Shown: piece after piece, positions 61,045 through 64,000 of the stretch
How the letters are laid out: each line of letters begins with the position of its first letter
Numbering within the stretch: position 1 is the first letter of the stretch
Source: an uncultured delta proteobacterium
Lineage (GTDB): Bacteria > Desulfobacterota > Binatia > Binatales > Binataceae
Direction: 5' to 3'
DNA: 64,000 bases
Assembly: GCA_963808235.1 (NCBI GenBank)
Contig: CAWEEQ010000004.1
Location: 3,648,001-3,712,000, forward strand
The notes under the pieces: model-generated
What the model saw: only the letters and a program-made list of their open reading frames with translations
The model's database searches: none
What the model was told of the DNA's origin: nothing
Program-made: the position numbers and the translations under genes

Positions 61045-63177
61045 ATGATCACCTGTCCCGAATGCGGCCAAGAAGCACCGGACGACGCAAAGTTTTGCGA
61101 TCGATGCGGCCAGGGCCTGTCCCGGTCCGCGTCGTCCGCGCCATCCTCACCGACGCGGCCGACACCGCTTAGTGCGGGCGCGACTCTGAAGGGCGGAATC
61201 GAGATCGTCGAGCTGATTGGGCAGACTTCGATCGAAAATAGATACCGCGCCAGGCAAACCGGCAAGGACAATTCAGCGCCCGCGACGATCACGCTGCGCG
61301 AGCGACTCGGTCCGTCGCAACCTGAGCAGGTGGAACAAGAGCCCGCGCCCGAGCCGAAGGAGCCTGCGCCCAAGCCGGCCGAGGATCCCAACGGCCCGCG
61401 CGCCAAGACGGCCGAGTTACGACGACCTTCCGCGGAGAAAAACGGGACCTCGTCAGCGCTTCCGGCCGCGAGCTCGCGATCGGAAATCGCGCCGGGCGCG
61501 GGAGCGTCGCCGGCGAGTCCTGAAGCGGGAATTGAAATCGAGTCGATCGAGTCTGGTTCTGTGAGGGCTGAGAGCAACGAGGACGCGCTTTCCGCAGGCG
61601 CGGACGCCACGACTTCCGAGCCCCTGAGTGCTGAAGCGCTCGATCCGGTCGCTGCAGAGCCTAGCGAAGACTCCAGGGAAGACGCCAAGCAAGACGCCAA
61701 AGTTGATACTGAAGATCTCGACCGTGCGGGAGAACGTTCGGAAGAGCCGGTCGAAGATCATGCCGCCCCGGAAGACCTTGGCGAGGTCTTCGGCCGCGTG
61801 CTCGCGCTCTCGCAGATGATCAGTCATCCCGCGTTCCAGCGCGCGGCTGCGGGGTTCAGCGACAACGGGCGCGTTTACCTGGTGTATGCCGACGAAGGCC
61901 TGTCGCCGCTGCAGCGCACCGGGAAAGGTGTTGCTCGCATGAGCGAGGCTGACGCGGTCGCGTCGGCGGTGCAGGTCTGCCAGGCAATTTCGTTTGTGCA
62001 TCGCAGGGCGCTGCGCCTGAACGACATCTGCCCGGAGTCGATCGCGCTCGCGAAGGATGGCCGTCTGAAGCTGACCGGCCTTGACTACGTGAGCAATGAC
62101 AATGAGCTGCAATCCGAGCCTATTTTCAACGACGGATACACGGCGCCGGAAATCTATCGCGGCAAGCGAGTTGACAAACGCGCGGATATTTTTTCTGCCG
62201 GCGCGCTGCTCTACACGTGGCTGACCGGATCGAGAATTCCGAGCGAGAGCTGGCGCGAGGAGGGCGGCCCGGTCCAGTTCTATCCGCCGCACGTGGTTAC
62301 CCCAAGGCTCGAGAATGCGATCCGTCGTGCGATTGCGTTCAATCCCGCGGACCGATGGCAAACGATCGACGAGTTCAAGGCTGAGCTGATTGCGCTCGGC
62401 GGCAGCTTGCGGATGCGCGCGGCCGCGATGACCGACGTTGGGCGGGTGCGCGAGCATAATGAAGACTCGGTGCTCGCGGTCGAGTACACGCGCGAGTCGA
62501 TGGTCGATCCGGCCGAGCAGCATTTGTACGTGGTGGCCGACGGCATGGGCGGCGCCGAAGCCGGCGAAGTCGCTTCTGCAATTGCCGTAGAAACGATCCG
62601 GGAATACATTGAGGGCAAGCTCGAAGGTGCGGGCAGCGGCGCTTCGAACGGTGCGGAGTTGTTGGCCGCGGCACTCGAGCAAGCCAATTCCAGGATTATC
62701 GAATACGTGGCGAGTCACCCGGAGTCCCGAGGAATGGGTTCCACCGGCGTGTGCGCGCTGGTGACGCCGCCCAATGCGGCGCTTGCGTGGGTGGGCGACA
62801 GCCGCGCCTACGTCATGGAGGGTTCGACTCTGCGCCAGGTCACCAAGGATCATTCGCTGGTGCAGCGGCTGGTTGAAATCGGCCAGATCAGCGCCGACGA
62901 AGCGCGCACCCACGAACACAAGAACGTGATCACGCGGTCGCTCGGCGCGCGACAGAGCGGACCGGCCGGTGCGGAATCGCTTGCGTTAAAGCTGAAGCGC
63001 GGAGACAAGATGGTGCTCTGCAGCGACGGACTGACCGCGCATGTCGAGGACAATCAGATCCACGACATCCTCGGACGGCATCATGATCCGTACGAGGCCG
63101 CGCGTGAGCTGATCGTCGCGGCGAACGCGGGCGGAGGAACCGACAACATTTCCGTGGTGGTGGTGTTTGCAAGCTAG
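61045..63177 (+). CDS. Zinc-ribbon + degenerate kinase domain + PP2C phosphatase fusion
   Basis: CPECG..CDRCG; LNDICPES, YTAPE, ADIFS; REHNED, VADGMGG, VGDSRAY, CSDGL, GGTDNIS. Confidence 0.9.
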   Translation: MITCPECGQEAPDDAKFCDRCGQGLSRSASSAPSSPTRPTPLSAGATLKGGIEIVELIGQTSIENRYRARQTGKDNSAPATITLRERLGPSQPEQVEQEPAPEPKEPAPKPAEDPNGPRAKTAELRRPSAEKNGTSSALPAASSRSEIAPGAGASPASPEAGIEIESIESGSVRAESNEDALSAGADATTSEPLSAEALDPVAAEPSEDSREDAKQDAKVDTEDLDRAGERSEEPVEDHAAPEDLGEVFGRVLALSQMISHPAFQRAAAGFSDNGRVYLVYADEGLSPLQRTGKGVARMSEADAVASAVQVCQAISFVHRRALRLNDICPESIALAKDGRLKLTGLDYVSNDNELQSEPIFNDGYTAPEIYRGKRVDKRADIFSAGALLYTWLTGSRIPSESWREEGGPVQFYPPHVVTPRLENAIRRAIAFNPADRWQTIDEFKAELIALGGSLRMRAAAMTDVGRVREHNEDSVLAVEYTRESMVDPAEQHLYVVADGMGGAEAGEVASAIAVETIREYIEGKLEGAGSGASNGAELLAAALEQANSRIIEYVASHPESRGMGSTGVCALVTPPNAALAWVGDSRAYVMEGSTLRQVTKDHSLVQRLVEIGQISADEARTHEHKNVITRSLGARQSGPAGAESLALKLKRGDKMVLCSDGLTAHVEDNQIHDILGRHHDPYEAARELIVAANAGGGTDNISVVVVFAS

Positions 63178-63198
63178 CCGCGCACGACGCGCGGACGA

Positions 63199-64000
63199 AT
63201 GACCATGGCCGATACCAAAGATCAGTCGCAGCCGATGACCGGGCCGCTGGCCCCGGGCACCGTGCTGCAGAACCGCTACGCGATCGAGAAACTTCTCGGC
63301 GGCGGCGGGATGGGAATGGTCTACCTGGCGCGCGATCAGCGGCTTGCGAATCGTCCCTGCGCGATCAAGGAAATGGTCGATCACTTTATCGATCAGGCGC
63401 AGCGGATCGAGGCCAACGAATATTTCGCGCGCGAGGCCGACACGCTGGCGCAACTGAAGCATCAGGCAATTCCCGCGATCACCGACCGCTTCGAAATCTC
63501 CAATCGACATTACCTGGTGATGGAGTACGTCGAGGGGCGCAACCTCGAGGAGGAGCTTGCCGCGCGCGGCGAGCCGCTGCCGGAGGGGCTGGTGATCGAC
63601 ATCGCGCGCCAGTTGAGCGACGTGCTTGCGTATCTGCACGGTCTGAAGCCGCCGATCATCTACCGCGACATGAAGCCCTCCAACGTGATGCTGAATCCCA
63701 ACGGGCGCGTGGTGCTGGTGGACTTTGGAATCGCGCGGCTCTTCAAGGCGGCGCGCAAGGGCACCATGATCGGCACGCTCGGCTTCGCGCCGCCCGAGCA
63801 GTACCAGGGCAACGTCGATCCGCGCAGCGACATCTATTCGCTCGGCGCGACGCTGCACTATGTCCTGACCGGCCGCGATCCGGAGAAGTTCCCGCCGTTC
63901 AGTTTTCCGCCGCTACGCGAGCTGCGGCCCGGCGCCTCGAGCAACCTGGCCGGCGCGATCGACGCGGCGCTCGCTTACGAGATGAACGGGCGGCCCGCCA
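63199..64000 (+). CDS. Ser/Thr protein kinase (runs off window edge)
   Basis: Manual translation: NRYAIEKLLGGGGMGMVY, CAIKE, YRDMKPSN, DFG, GTLGFAPPEQ. Confidence 0.92.
   Translation, partial: MTMADTKDQSQPMTGPLAPGTVLQNRYAIEKLLGGGGMGMVYLARDQRLANRPCAIKEMVDHFIDQAQRIEANEYFAREADTLAQLKHQAIPAITDRFEISNRHYLVMEYVEGRNLEEELAARGEPLPEGLVIDIARQLSDVLAYLHGLKPPIIYRDMKPSNVMLNPNGRVVLVDFGIARLFKAARKGTMIGTLGFAPPEQYQGNVDPRSDIYSLGATLHYVLTGRDPEKFPPFSFPPLRELRPGASSNLAGAIDAALAYEMNGRPA

Noticed and set aside
1-64000. tRNA, rRNA, tmRNA or IS elements
   Set aside because: None recognised in the intergenic regions by eye; tRNAscan-SE and ISEScan were not run.

Overview
GC-rich bacterial chromosome window spanning the replication origin (dnaA-dnaN with DnaA boxes and DnaA-trios). 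Gene content (split atpZ/I/B/E locus, many CoA-metabolism enzymes) suggests a Deltaproteobacteria-like lineage such as Ca. Binatota; this is inference only. Housekeeping genes (ddl, guaB, ftsB, gloB, fabI, UvrD helicase, pstS, hemL, atpB/E) are interleaved with accessory modules. The strongest candidate for an undescribed system is a four-gene cassette at 32834-36318: a MerR-type regulator with a palindromic operator, a membrane-anchored dCTP-deaminase/dUTPase-fold protein lacking the deaminase catalytic residues, a thymidylate-synthase homologue carrying the dCMP-type Asp, and an aGPT-Pplase1 DNA base-hypermodification protein, with no phage or integrase genes nearby. Other notable items not in the ORF track: a leaderless uORF plus terminator ahead of guaB, a 34-aa Lys-rich protein, a complete sigma54 enhancer/promoter, a REP-like repeat family, and four single-base insertion frameshifts that are probably assembly errors. 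The window ends in a vWA-FHA-Ser/Thr kinase-PP2C cluster. No tRNA, rRNA or CRISPR array was seen. All family assignments are by-eye motif recognition; no database searches were run.
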